From an uncultured Spirochaetota bacterium (GTDB taxonomy: Bacteria > Spirochaetota > Spirochaetia > SZUA-6 > Fen-1364): a stretch of 64,000 bases of DNA. Positions 21,308 through 31,711 of this stretch are shown here, piece after piece. How positions within the stretch are numbered: the stretch's first letter is position 1; each line of letters opens with the position of its first letter. Both the position numbers and the translations under genes were made by a program. The notes beneath the pieces are model-generated. The model did not search any database. It saw nothing but the letters and a program-made list of their open reading frames with translations, and had not been told where the DNA came from. The stretch lies in contig CAVUXE010000003.1 of the NCBI GenBank assembly GCA_963745235.1, positions 81,257-145,256 on the forward strand, written 5' to 3'.

Positions 21308-22875
21308 TGGACCGGGACGGCACCGCACCCCCCTTTCGCTCCCTCGATACGCGCATCTTCGCGAGCATTGTCGAGGAGAGCCCGACCTCGGTCATCATCA
21401 CGGACCTGCGCGGCAGCATCGAGTACGTGAACCGCAAGTTCACCACGCTGACCGGCTACAGCCGCGGAGAAGTGCTGGGGAAGAACCCGCGCCTCCTGAA
21501 ATCCGGCCGCCAGTCACCGTCCGTGTACGAGGAATTGTGGCGCACCATCGTGGCCGGTGGTGAGTGGCGCGGGGAGCTGTGCAACCGGAAGAAGAACGGC
21601 GAGCTGTACTGGGAGCTCGCGGCCATCTCCGCCATCCGGGGAGATGACGGCGGCATTGCTCACTTCATAGCGGTGAAAGAGGACATCACCGACCGCAAAG
21701 GCATGGAGGAGCTGCTGCGCCACGCGAAGGCCTCCGCGGAAGCGGCCAACCTTGCGAAGAGCCAGTTCCTTGCCAACATGAGCCACGAGCTGCGCACCCC
21801 CCTCAATTCGATCCTCGGCTTCAGCCAGCTTCTGGAGATGCAGCGAGCTGACGGGGCGGGACGCGCCGGGGCCCTCACGGACAAGCAGCGCGAGTACCTG
21901 CGCTGGATCAGGGACGGGGGGGAGCACCTGCTGGACATGGTCAACGACGTCCTGGATCTCTCCAAGATAGAAGCGGGGAAGGTGGACCTGGAGAAGAAGC
22001 CATTCGATACGGCCGTGCTCGTCCGCCGGGTCCTCACCACCGTCCGGTCCCTCGCGGCAAAGAAGCACCTCCACGTGGACACCGCCATCGCTCCCGATCT
22101 CGGCCTGCTCGACGCCGACGAGGTGAGAGTCAAGCAGGTCCTCTACAACCTTCTTTCCAACGCCATCAAGTTCACCGAGCGCGAAAGAAAGATCGGCGTG
22201 GAGGCAAGCGGGCACGGCGGGGAGTGTGAGATCACCGTGTGGGATGAAGGGATCGGGATCGACGTCGGGGACCGGGAGCGGATCTTCGAGCCTTTCGAGC
22301 AGCTGCGCAAGGAGCACGACGAGCACGGGACCGGCCTCGGACTGACCATCGTCAAGAACCTCGTGGAGATGCACGGCGGCACGGTTTCCGTCCAGAGCGA
22401 GGTGGGCAAGGGCAGCCGCTTCACCGTCCGACTGCCCGGCAGGCTTCCCGAGAAAAGGGCAGCCTCGCGGGAAACGGCCGCACGCGACACGGAGGAGGCG
22501 CGGGAGGAGATGCCGGACATGGCCGGACGGACGGTGCTCGTGGTGGATGACAGCCCCGCGAACAGCGCCCTGATGCAGAGGATCCTTTCCGCCCTGGGCT
22601 GCACCGTGCTGCTCGCCGGCAGCGGTGAGGAAGCGCTTGCCGTGGCGGGGCATTCCACCTGCGACGCCATATTCATGGACATTCACCTGCCGGGCATGAC
22701 GGGTACGGAGGCGATGCAGCACATGAGGGAAGCCGGCGTCCGAGCGCCTGTTGTGGCCCTGACGGCATTCGCGATGAAGGGGGACAGGGAGCGCTTCCTG
22801 GCGGACGGGTTTGACGCCTACATCGCCAAGCCGCTGCGGATATCCGAGATCGTTTCCTTCCTTGAGAAGCTGTGA
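21307..22875 (+). CDS. cytoplasmic PAS hybrid histidine kinase (PAS-HisKA-HATPase-REC)
   Basis: PAS (TGYSRGEVLGKNPRLLKSG), SHELRTPLN, NAIKF, GTGLGL, receiver FMDIHLP...AKP. Confidence 0.92.
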   Translation: MDRDGTAPPFRSLDTRIFASIVEESPTSVIITDLRGSIEYVNRKFTTLTGYSRGEVLGKNPRLLKSGRQSPSVYEELWRTIVAGGEWRGELCNRKKNGELYWELAAISAIRGDDGGIAHFIAVKEDITDRKGMEELLRHAKASAEAANLAKSQFLANMSHELRTPLNSILGFSQLLEMQRADGAGRAGALTDKQREYLRWIRDGGEHLLDMVNDVLDLSKIEAGKVDLEKKPFDTAVLVRRVLTTVRSLAAKKHLHVDTAIAPDLGLLDADEVRVKQVLYNLLSNAIKFTERERKIGVEASGHGGECEITVWDEGIGIDVGDRERIFEPFEQLRKEHDEHGTGLGLTIVKNLVEMHGGTVSVQSEVGKGSRFTVRLPGRLPEKRAASRETAARDTEEAREEMPDMAGRTVLVVDDSPANSALMQRILSALGCTVLLAGSGEEALAVAGHSTCDAIFMDIHLPGMTGTEAMQHMREAGVRAPVVALTAFAMKGDRERFLADGFDAYIAKPLRISEIVSFLEKL

Positions 22876-23471
22876 CGTTTCGCGCGGTGCTCTTCGACTT
22901 TGACGGCACCCTCACCCGGCCTGAAGCGCTGGACTTCGGCGAGCTTCGCCGGCTCCTTTCCTGCCCGCCGGGCGAGCCGATCCTGGAGCACATCCAGGCC
23001 CTCCCCACGGAAGAAGAACGACGCAGGTCATGGGAGATCCTGGACGCCTTCGAGCTTGCCGCGGCGCGCGCGTCGGTCCCCAACGAGGGATCGGAGGAAT
23101 TGATCCAGGCGCTGAAGGAGGCGGACATACCGCTGGGGATCCTCAGCAGGAACAGCCGGGCCTCGGTGCTTGAGGCGATGGAGCGCTTCGCCAGGATGGA
23201 GCCAGGGGATTTCTCAGTCATCATCTCCCGCGAGAGTCCCGGACGGCCCAAGCCGCATCCCGACGGGGTCGAGCTGGCGGCGCAGTTGTTCGCGCTCGAG
23301 CCATCCGAAATCCTCATGGTGGGGGATTTCGTGTTCGACATCATGGCAGGCAAGTCCGCGGGGGCAGGAACGGCCTTCCTCACCAACGGCCGGCCCGTGC
23401 CGCAGATGCAGGTGAGCCCGGATTACATCGTGTCGACTCTCGCTGAGCTCCGGCAGGTCCTGGCGCTGTAA
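22872..23471 (+). CDS. HAD-family hydrolase
   Basis: FDFDGTL, KPHP, GDFVFD. Confidence 0.88.
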   Translation: MTFRAVLFDFDGTLTRPEALDFGELRRLLSCPPGEPILEHIQALPTEEERRRSWEILDAFELAAARASVPNEGSEELIQALKEADIPLGILSRNSRASVLEAMERFARMEPGDFSVIISRESPGRPKPHPDGVELAAQLFALEPSEILMVGDFVFDIMAGKSAGAGTAFLTNGRPVPQMQVSPDYIVSTLAELRQVLAL

Positions 23472-23521
23472 GGCCCGGCCGTGCGGCACCTCCCGGAGCA
23501 GGAAAGTCCCCGCCCGGCTTT

Positions 23522-23938
23522 TCAGTCCCCGCTGACGGTTACCACAAGGGTCCTTTGCCGCGGCCGGACGTCGCATTCGAGCAGAAAGACCTGCTGCCAT
23601 GTGCCGAGCACGGGCCTGCCTGATTCCACGGGCAGCATCAACGACGGGCCCAGCCAGGTGGCTTGCAGGTGGGAGTGGCCATTGCCGTCGTGCCAGGCTC
23701 TTTCGTGGCCATAGTCACGGCTGGGCGGAACAATCCTGTCCAGGGTCGCAGGCAGGTCCGCCATGAGGCCAGGCTCGAACTCGATGGTCCCCACGGCCGC
23801 CGTGCTGCCCACGACAAAAACGTGCGCCGTGCCGGTTTCGACTCCGGCGTCCGAGATCTGACGGGACACCTGGGGCGTGATGTCATGCATGTCCCGGTGA
23901 CCAGAGGTCTGCACTTCGAACTTTCCCTGCCAGGTCAT
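23522..23938 (-). CDS. YjbQ/UPF0047 family protein
   Basis: GSTAA, DGNGHSHLQA, LGTWQQV. Confidence 0.88.
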   Translation of the reverse strand: MTWQGKFEVQTSGHRDMHDITPQVSRQISDAGVETGTAHVFVVGSTAAVGTIEFEPGLMADLPATLDRIVPPSRDYGHERAWHDGNGHSHLQATWLGPSLMLPVESGRPVLGTWQQVFLLECDVRPRQRTLVVTVSGD

Positions 23939-24702
23939 GGTGCCTCCCAGCGTCCCAGGAACGCGAGCATCCGATGAAAGCCTTCCCCCTCCCGACGGAA
24001 AGAGCCGAGCCCCGGAGAGCAGCATGTGCAGTCCGTGGTCACGAGGATGCTGCACACTCCGGCGGCCTCCAGCAGCTGAACGTTCGCTGTTTTCAAGTCC
24101 AGGCGGAAGTCTCCCCCCGGACCGCGTGACACGGCGGCCTCTCCGAACTGCCCGCGGAACCCGTCATGCCTCTCCTGCCCCACCGTGTAGCAGCAGGGCC
24201 CGATTCCCGGCCCGATGACAGCCAGGATATCGCCTGCCCTCGTTCCAAAGGATTCCGTCATCACCCGGATGGCCTCCCGGACAATCCCGGTCCCCCTCCA
24301 ACCCGAGTGCACGAGGCCAAAGGCCCCCGTCCTCCTGTCAGCGAGAAAAATGGGAAGGCAATCCGCAACAGTGACGGTCAAGACAGCGTCAGGACGAGAA
24401 GTGACCATCCCGTCCGCCTCCAGGGCCGCAAGGGACTGCGCCCCTTGATCACCGACTACGATCACCGTCTTCGAATGGACCTGGTGAGCCGCAAAGGCGC
24501 GGCCCCGGGAGACTCCAATGCTGTCAAGAAACCGCGCCCGGTTGGAAAGCCCCCGCTCGCTGGACAGCGCCATATCGCCCGCGGCCGCAAGTGACAATCC
24601 GGCCGATAGCCCCGCCAGCGGCGGAGCTGCGGCGCTCGCCGGAAGGGGAACTTCGCTAAGCAAATCCACCTGGCCGTATGACAGCGTGACGGCGCTGGTC
24701 AT
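23935..24702 (-). CDS. pgeF: YfiH/PgeF (laccase-domain) protein
   Basis: HQVHS, VADCLP, HSGWRG, GPGIGPCCY. Confidence 0.85.
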   Translation of the reverse strand: MTSAVTLSYGQVDLLSEVPLPASAAAPPLAGLSAGLSLAAAGDMALSSERGLSNRARFLDSIGVSRGRAFAAHQVHSKTVIVVGDQGAQSLAALEADGMVTSRPDAVLTVTVADCLPIFLADRRTGAFGLVHSGWRGTGIVREAIRVMTESFGTRAGDILAVIGPGIGPCCYTVGQERHDGFRGQFGEAAVSRGPGGDFRLDLKTANVQLLEAAGVCSILVTTDCTCCSPGLGSFRREGEGFHRMLAFLGRWEAP

Positions 24703-27507
24703 TCCCCAGTGTCAACGGGCAGGGTCAGGAGAACCGGCTCGAACCCCCCATCGTAGCGCGGCGTGGTGGTCCAGATCTGCGCCTGGCCGCTTGTGGTCCA
24801 GGACTTGCCGTTCTTCGTCTGGCGGGACACGGTGTACGTGACGGTGGCGCCTTCGGGGACATCGATTTGAGCGGCAAACATGTGGGGCCGGCCTTTCGCG
24901 AGGCCCGGCTTCTCCCACACCGTGTCCTTTCCATAGGGTCGCCCTGTCTTTGCATCCGTGATCTCGATGCTGGTTCCGTATTCGCCTTTCTCGTTCTTTG
25001 CAAGCTCATCCTGGCCGGGGGACTTCTCCCCCTTCCCTTTTCCAGCGAGGGGCGACGAAGCGTACCCGGCGGTCTTCACCGGGCTTCCTATGGGCGGCCA
25101 TGACACCTGCGGGGAAGCCCCGTAGAGCAGGAACGGTACGGTCAGCGCCACGGTGTCGTCCGCCGGGAGCGCGGCAGTGTAGGAAAGAAAGTGCCCTGCG
25201 CTGGTTGGGATGGCAACCTCGATCTCGATGAGCCTGTCCCGACCCAGCGAAACTCCCGCGGACCGATACTGGAAGGAAACCGCCAGATCAGGTCCGCGCT
25301 GCCTGGCGTCCACGGGGACGGAATCCTGGGAAATCGCCTGAGAACCGCGGTACGGGCGGACTGTCACCCTGGCCGTGTTTCCGATCCGGTCCCTGCCTGC
25401 AAGAAGGGCCGCGAGCTCCCGCTTGCCGAGAACGAGGTTGCTCGCCGTGACCGCGACGTGATCCGGGCCGGCTGCCGCTGGCTGGTTGGCTGCCTGGGGA
25501 AGCGCGGCGGGCTGCGCGGGCTGGTGGACTGGCTGCTGTGCCTGCTGCTGCGCGGGCTGGTGCACTGGCTGCGCTGGTTGCTGCTTCGGCTGCTGGGCAG
25601 GCTGGGCAGGTTGTTGCGCCTGCGGCTGTGTGGGTTGCTGAGCCGGCCGTGTTGCCTGCTGGACGGCCTGCGGGAGGATTGACTGCGCGGGCTGGGCCGC
25701 CTGCGGCGCGGGCTGCACTGCCTGGGGCGCCGGCTGGGCCGCCTGCGGCGCGGGCTGCGCTGCCTGCGGCGTCGGCTGCACTGCCTGCGGCGCCGGCTGG
25801 GCCGGCAACGCCTCCCGGCTGACCTGCAGAAGGTACTGCCGCTGGAACCCGTCTTCCGCCCGGACGATGAAGACAACCGACGCCACCGTTCCGGGGACTA
25901 TCGAAAGGGAATAGCTCATCTGGGCAGCTGGATTCACGACGGGCTGGCCGGCAATCTGCACCGTCGCAGACGGGCTGGCGGCGGCCACGTCCAGCCTCAC
26001 GCTGTCAGCCGAAGCGGGAAGGGCCAGTGCATAGGAGCCTGCCCGGGTGGAAAACGGCGGGCTCATCACGCCTGTCGAGGCGGCAAGGGACGCCAGGTCC
26101 GAATTGTGGTCGGGAGCGGAGCGACGGACCTCAACCCGGTATCGAAGCACTCCGCCGTCCTGGGCAGTCACCGACAGGATGAGGGGGAACCTTTCCACGG
26201 CCCGCGGCATGTCCACAAGGGCACCATCCGGGGAGGTGGGATCCCCACGAGCCGCCAGCGCCCCCCGCCCGCCCGCTCCCGGCTCCCCGCCGGAAATCTG
26301 CACGGCGGCGACCCTGCTCTGTGCGTGCGCGATGACGCGAACTTGCTGCGTCGCAAATGGCACCGACATCGCATACATGATCCGGCTGGGCTGGAAGTCA
26401 GGCGAAAGCGCGCCGTTTGCAACCGCGAGGTCCGCAAGGAAGTTGTTCGTGTCTGGCGGACCGCGGCGGATGTCCAGGAGATACTGCTGCACGCTCCCGT
26501 CCTGGGCGGTGACCGCCACGACGAGCGGAAGACGGTTCACCAGGGAGAAGTCGATGGCCGCCCCCGCGGGTCCGGCGGCATCACCCGCGTACTGCAGGGG
26601 AGTTGCCTGGGCCTGCCCGTTTGCAATGGCCTCTGCCGCCACGAGCGCCATGGTGGCAAAAGGGCTCTGCGGCTGCGCATGGAGAACGAGCCGCTGCGTC
26701 TCGAACGGCACCACGACCTGGTAGCCCAGAGACGTGGGAGAAAAGCCGGGAGACAGGGGAATCCCCTGCAGGTCGAGCAGCGACAGGAACGCGTTGTTGT
26801 CCGGAGCCGCCCTGACAATCGTGACGACGTACCTGTCCCGTGTCACACCGTCTTCCGCAACCGTTTCGATGGTCACAGGCCGCTCTCGAACGGATTGGAA
26901 ATCAATGACGGCCGCCCCGGCAGAGCCGGGTGTCTCGCTGCCGTTTACGATGACGCTCTTCGCGAACCTGCTCTGGGCCTGCGCCTCTATCCGGACGCTG
27001 CCGGACGCGAAGGGCACCGCCAATCTGTATGCGTGGACGGCGGGGTTGAACACCGGCTGGAGCGTCGAGCCGACCGGGCAGGACGAGCCTGACAAGGCGA
27101 GGGTTCGTCTCCTGCTCCCGGACCACCACGCGGTAGCGCCACGGCTGCTTCTCCCCCGGGACCTCGATGGAGTAGATGACGGGGACGGAGAAGTCGTTCG
27201 GAGTTATTCCGTTCTGCTGCACCACCCGGGTCCCGCTGGAGATGACGGTAATGGTCGCCTCCGCGTTCAAAGACAGCTTCGCCACCAGCGAATGCACGTT
27301 CGTCCCCGGAGCAACGACGAAGAAGACTTCCTTGGGCTCAACCGTGACGTTGAGCGCGCCCGGGAGGTCACCCGAAAGGGAGGGATTCGACGCGGCGGGA
27401 AGAACGAAGGAATCAACCGGGCCGTGCCCCCGCGCCCCGCTGGCGCAGGAGAGGAGCCCGGCGAGCACGGATACCGACGCCAGGGCAACCAGGATCAGCT
27501 TCTTCAC
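24699..27507 (-). CDS. surface lipoprotein with ~4 cadherin-like beta-sandwich repeats and a P/Q/A linker (frameshift ~27100)
   Basis: Lipobox LLSC; repeats of N-x2-L-x2-L...LSPxFxP...Y...VTAQDG...Y. Confidence 0.8.
25690..25800. repeat. ~5 x 21-bp coding tandem repeat (PAPQA[A/V]Q)
   Basis: GGCTGGGCCGCCTGCGGCGCG-like units; looser Q/P-rich sequence continues to ~25480. Confidence 0.8.
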
Positions 27508-27534
27508 GATGTCCTCCCTTTTGGATGAATTGTA

Positions 27535-28200
27535 TCACTGCAGAAGAGTTTCGCTCAGGCGCCGAATGCTGTCCGCGCCAAGGTCGATGTCCGCGGGGAG
27601 AAGCCTGTCGATGAGCAGGCCCGCCCAACCGTGGACCTCGGCCCAGAGGGAAAGCACCAGCGCCGTGGTCTCCTGTGAGGGTCGCCACCCGCGCCCTCGC
27701 GCCTCTTCCACCGCACGCACAAGGCAGGCGAGCGCCCTGGCGCTGTTGATCCGGCAGCTTTCAGAGTGAAGGCTGAAACCAAGGGGAGAGAACATGAGCC
27801 TGTACAACGCCGGCCGGGACTGGGCAAACCGCAGGTAGGCGCGAAACAGGCGATGCACCCCGGCGGCGGCCCCCTCCGCGCCGAGGCCGGACCCATCTCC
27901 GCCTCCCGCATTGCTGGCCCCCGAGGTCCCGTCCGTCTCCGCTGGAGTGCGGTCACCGGCACCCGGCACCACCTCTTCCAGGGAATCAGCGAGCATCCTG
28001 AAGCCCTCTGCCGCCAGCGTTGCGAGCAGCTCACGCTTGTCGGCAAAGTGCCTGTACGGCGCGGTCTTCGAGACGCCGGCGGAAGAGGCGAGCGCGCGAA
28101 GGCTTACCCCTTCGAGCCCCTCCCTTTCCAGCACCTGGAAGGCCTCATCGATGAGCGCTTTCCGCAGCGCTCCATGGTGGTAGGGTTTCCTGGTTCTCAC
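27535..28200 (-). CDS. TetR/AcrR regulator (WHG-type C-terminus)
   Basis: YHHGALRKALI...SLRALASSAGVSKTAPYRHF; YRLMF; WAEVHG. Confidence 0.9.
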   Translation of the reverse strand: MRTRKPYHHGALRKALIDEAFQVLEREGLEGVSLRALASSAGVSKTAPYRHFADKRELLATLAAEGFRMLADSLEEVVPGAGDRTPAETDGTSGASNAGGGDGSGLGAEGAAAGVHRLFRAYLRFAQSRPALYRLMFSPLGFSLHSESCRINSARALACLVRAVEEARGRGWRPSQETTALVLSLWAEVHGWAGLLIDRLLPADIDLGADSIRRLSETLLQ

Positions 28201-28226
28201 CAGGTGGAAGTTACACCGCGTGTGAA

Positions 28227-28310
28227 AAGTGGTCAATGCCAACAATTTATGTTGACGATGCTTACATCCTGGGTCATCTTGAACCCTGACAATATTGGCA
28301 TCGCCAACAT
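28227..28310. promoter_or_regulatory. three imperfect palindromic operators (ATGTTGRC-N3-GYCAACAT-like)
   Basis: 28227 AAGTGGTC-AAT-GCCAACAA; 28249 ATGTTGAC-GAT-GCTTACAT; 28292 ATATTGGC-ATC-GCCAACAT. Confidence 0.7.
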
Positions 28311-28321
28311 AGGAGGACGGT

Positions 28322-29336
28322 ATGAGTGAAGGTCTCCAGGTAGTCTTTGGGACGGGGCCCGTTGGATGCGCAACGGCTGGCCGCCTGCTGGACAAAGGAT
28401 TGCGCGTCCGGATGGTCAACCGAAGCGGCAGGCGTCCCTCTTTTTTCGCGCCGCGCTCCCCGGAGCAGGAAACGCGGCTTTCGGTCGCGGCCTGTGATGC
28501 AATGGATGAATCGGCTGTTCGCGCCGCGGCCGCGGGGGCGTCTCACCTCTACAACTGCGCCCACGCGCCCTATCACCAGTGGGAGGCCGTCCTGCCGGTC
28601 CTCTATTCCAACCTGGAAAAAGCGGCCCTCGAGCAGAATGCCGTTTTCGCGGCTGCTCAGAACCTCTACATGTACGCGCGCGGCCTGGCAGTGATCAATG
28701 AACAGGCACGCGTGGATCCGCCGTCACGCAAGGGCCGGCTCGATACAGTCATTGCACGAAAGCCTCGAATCAGCCGGTGCCCGGGACGGCCTTCGGTGGA
28801 CAACCGTCCGCGCTTCGGACTTCTACGGTCCGGGGGCCACCGAGCAGAGCCTGTTCGGGACACTCCGGTTCCTGGATCCACTGTTCGCGGGCAGGTCACC
28901 CATGCTCATCGGTGACATCGACCAGCCCCATACATTCACCTGCGTTGAAGACTACGGCGGCGCCCTTGCCACCGCGGCCCTCTCCCCCCAGGCCCTGGGC
29001 CGGGCGTGGATCGTTCCCAACGACCGCACGCTCACCACGCGCGAGGTCGCCGGGCTCTTTCTCTCCGCGGCGCGTCTCGACACGGGCCGCACACCGCGGA
29101 TCCACACGGTCCCGCGCGCGGGCATAGCCCTCGCCGGGCTGTTCAATCCCGTGATCCACGAGGTCGTGGAGATGCTGTATCAAAAGGAGGAGCCGTATGT
29201 CGTGGACGGCAGCCGGTTCCGTGACGCGTTCGGATTCAGGCCGACACCGCTGGAGGAGGGAGTGCGGAGCACCATCGAATGGTACAAGGCCATGAAAGCC
29301 AGCACCGCGAAAGCCGGGAGGAAGCTCGGGGGTTGA
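28322..29336 (+). CDS. NAD-dependent epimerase/dehydratase family (frameshift ~28740)
   Basis: VFGTGPVG, NLYMY, RASDFYGP, HTFT. Confidence 0.85.
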
Positions 29337-29337
29337 G

Positions 29338-30873
29338 CTACGCCTGCAGGAAAGGGATGCTCACCGTGAACACGCTGCCCGCCCCAGGGGCGGACTCCAC
29401 GGCAACCGTGCCCTGATGCAGCTCGGCGAGGCGCTTGACGAGGCTCAGGCCCAGGCCCGTGCCGGGGATGCTCGCGGTGAGCTCGTTCCTCGCGCGGTAG
29501 AACTCTTCGAAGACTTTCGCTTTTTCCGCGGGCGACATCCCGATGCCGTCATCTCTCACGCTGACCGTCGCATAGATCCCCGCGCAACCCATGCTCACCT
29601 CGACGCGACCGCCCTCCCGGCCGTACTTGATGGCATTCTCCACGAGGTTGGAGAACACGATGGAGAGAGCCTCCCTGTCCGCAAGCACCAACGGGGCCGG
29701 CCCGCAGGGTGTCGGGGCATCGCAGACGGACACGGTTATCCGCTTTTCCGCGGCACGCTCGGCATAGGCTGCCGCGACGTCCTTGAGGATTGCTCCCATG
29801 TCCACAGGCGTGCGCTTCAGAGTGAAGTTCCCGGTCTGAATGGCCGTGAGGTTCAGAAGCTCATTCACCATTCCGCGCAGGGTCCGCACCCGCAGGAGTG
29901 ACCTCTGGATCATGTGGCGCTCTTCCTCGGGGTTTTTCACGAGCATTCCGCTCAGGATGAGGTTGAGCCAGCCTTCCGTGGCCGCCAGGGGGCTCTTCAC
30001 CTCATGGGCAACCATGGAGACGAACATTGACTTCGCGGTCTCCAGCTTCTTGAGAGCGGTGATGTCGCTGAACACGGCCACGGCGCCGCTGGTCACCCCG
30101 CCCGGCTCGATCACGGGGCTTGCGTTCACCATGTATGTTTCCTTGCCGAGGGGGATCTCCCGGGAAAGGATCATGGGGCCGCCGGGGGAATCGATGATCA
30201 GCTGGAGGATCTCCTGGACGTCCGTATTGTGGATCTCCGCGAGGGGGAACGGGATCTCGTTTCTCGCGCACTGCGACAGGATGCGGGCCGCGGCGTCGTT
30301 TCGCAGCACGACCAGCTTTTCCATGTTGACTACCAGGATCCCGTCTGTCATGCAGGTGATGATGGTGTTGCTCTTGGAGCGCTCGGAGGCGAGCTCCAGG
30401 AGGCGCTTTTCCCTTTCCGCCAGGAGGCGCTTGGCGCTCAGCGTCAGGGCCCTTTTCTCCAGGCCGTTCTTGATTGCGAGGAGAAGCTCGTCCGCGGTGA
30501 ACGGCTTGGGGATGAAGCTGTATGCGCCCTGGCGCGTCCCCTCCACCGCTGTGTCGATAGTGGCATGTGCCGTGATGATGATGCAGACGATATCCTCATC
30601 ACGCGCACGCACCTCGCGCATCAGCTCCAGGCCCGACATTCGCGGCATCTGCAGGTCTACCAGGAGGACGCTGAAAGGTCCTCTTTCCAGGAACTGCTCC
30701 AGCCCCGCCTTGCCGTCGCCCGCGGTGATGACGTCGTACCCTTCGGAGGAAAGGATCTTCCGGCAGCCCTCGCGGACCCCGAGCTCGTCATCCACCACCA
30801 GGATGCGCTCGGAGGCTTCTGCGCCCACGGGTTTTGCGCTCACCGGTTCTCCGCTCACTGGTTCCCCAGTCAC
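29338..30873 (-). CDS. REC-PAS-HisKA-HATPase hybrid kinase
   Basis: VVDDE...LVDLQMP...KP; AHEVKSPL; NAIKY; GTGLGL. Confidence 0.92.
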   Translation of the reverse strand: MTGEPVSGEPVSAKPVGAEASERILVVDDELGVREGCRKILSSEGYDVITAGDGKAGLEQFLERGPFSVLLVDLQMPRMSGLELMREVRARDEDIVCIIITAHATIDTAVEGTRQGAYSFIPKPFTADELLLAIKNGLEKRALTLSAKRLLAEREKRLLELASERSKSNTIITCMTDGILVVNMEKLVVLRNDAAARILSQCARNEIPFPLAEIHNTDVQEILQLIIDSPGGPMILSREIPLGKETYMVNASPVIEPGGVTSGAVAVFSDITALKKLETAKSMFVSMVAHEVKSPLAATEGWLNLILSGMLVKNPEEERHMIQRSLLRVRTLRGMVNELLNLTAIQTGNFTLKRTPVDMGAILKDVAAAYAERAAEKRITVSVCDAPTPCGPAPLVLADREALSIVFSNLVENAIKYGREGGRVEVSMGCAGIYATVSVRDDGIGMSPAEKAKVFEEFYRARNELTASIPGTGLGLSLVKRLAELHQGTVAVESAPGAGSVFTVSIPFLQA

Positions 30874-31319
30874 CGCAGGAGCTCTTCAGCCTTTGCCAGC
30901 AGCGCCTGCGGGGAGACCGGCTTGTCGAAGAACGCATCCGCATGCATGGCCGCCAGGTCCTCCGCGGTCCGCGGATGAAAGTCGAAGCCCTTCTGGCTGG
31001 AGATGGCGGAGACAATGATGATCGGGGTGCCCGCGAAGCGCGGGTCGGTCTTCACCGCGCGCGCAAACGAGAAGCCGGAATCAAGGGCTTTCATCATCAC
31101 GTCGCAGACAACAAGCGTCCGCCGGGCTCCCGTCTGCCCGGCGCCGAGGGCCGCCAGCGCCGACTGCGGATCGCAGTGGCAGGCCACCTGGTAGCCCCGT
31201 GCTTCGAAGATCCTCCGCTCCAGCTCAAGGAAGTCGGTGTCATCGTCCAGGAGAAGGATCAGCGCGCCTTGCGGCGCGGCGCCCCCTGTTCCGGCGCCTT
31301 GCTGGCCGGCCGGGTGCAT
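30870..31319 (-). CDS. single-domain response regulator
   Basis: LLDDD, CDVMM, VSA, DKP. Confidence 0.88.
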   Translation of the reverse strand: MHPAGQQGAGTGGAAPQGALILLLDDDTDFLELERRIFEARGYQVACHCDPQSALAALGAGQTGARRTLVVCDVMMKALDSGFSFARAVKTDPRFAGTPIIIVSAISSQKGFDFHPRTAEDLAAMHADAFFDKPVSPQALLAKAEELLR

Positions 31320-31711
31320 CAGGGCTCCCTTCCAAGGGCCTTGTTGACCATGGCAAGGAGCAGCTGGGGGTCCACCGGCTTTTCCAGCAGTGCATCAACG
31401 GGGAGCCACGTGTGATCCGGTTCCAGTCGGAACGGGATGGAATCATTCACCGAGGTGATCATGACGAGGGGAATGGTGCGCGTGATCTCGGAGTTCCGAA
31501 GCTCCCGAGAGACGTCGAAGCCGTCGTTGGGGCTTTCCATCACCATGTCCAGGATGATGAGGTCCGGACGTTTCCTCTCCACCTCGTCCAGGCACTGCTT
31601 TCCATTGAAGGCCACCCGCACCGTGTAGCCGTTTTCCGTCAGGAGGGCCCGGTTCATCTCCACGAAATCCGCGTCATCGTCCACAAGAAGCACCGTCTTA
31701 TCCCACCCCAT
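31319..31711 (-). CDS. single-domain response regulator
   Basis: VDDD, LDMVM, ITS, EKP. Confidence 0.88.
   Translation of the reverse strand: MGWDKTVLLVDDDADFVEMNRALLTENGYTVRVAFNGKQCLDEVERKRPDLIILDMVMESPNDGFDVSRELRNSEITRTIPLVMITSVNDSIPFRLEPDHTWLPVDALLEKPVDPQLLLAMVNKALGREP

Noticed and set aside
25480-25800. CRISPR array
   Set aside because: Units are contiguous 21-mers with no spacers, vary at codon third positions and lie inside a CDS; no cas genes.
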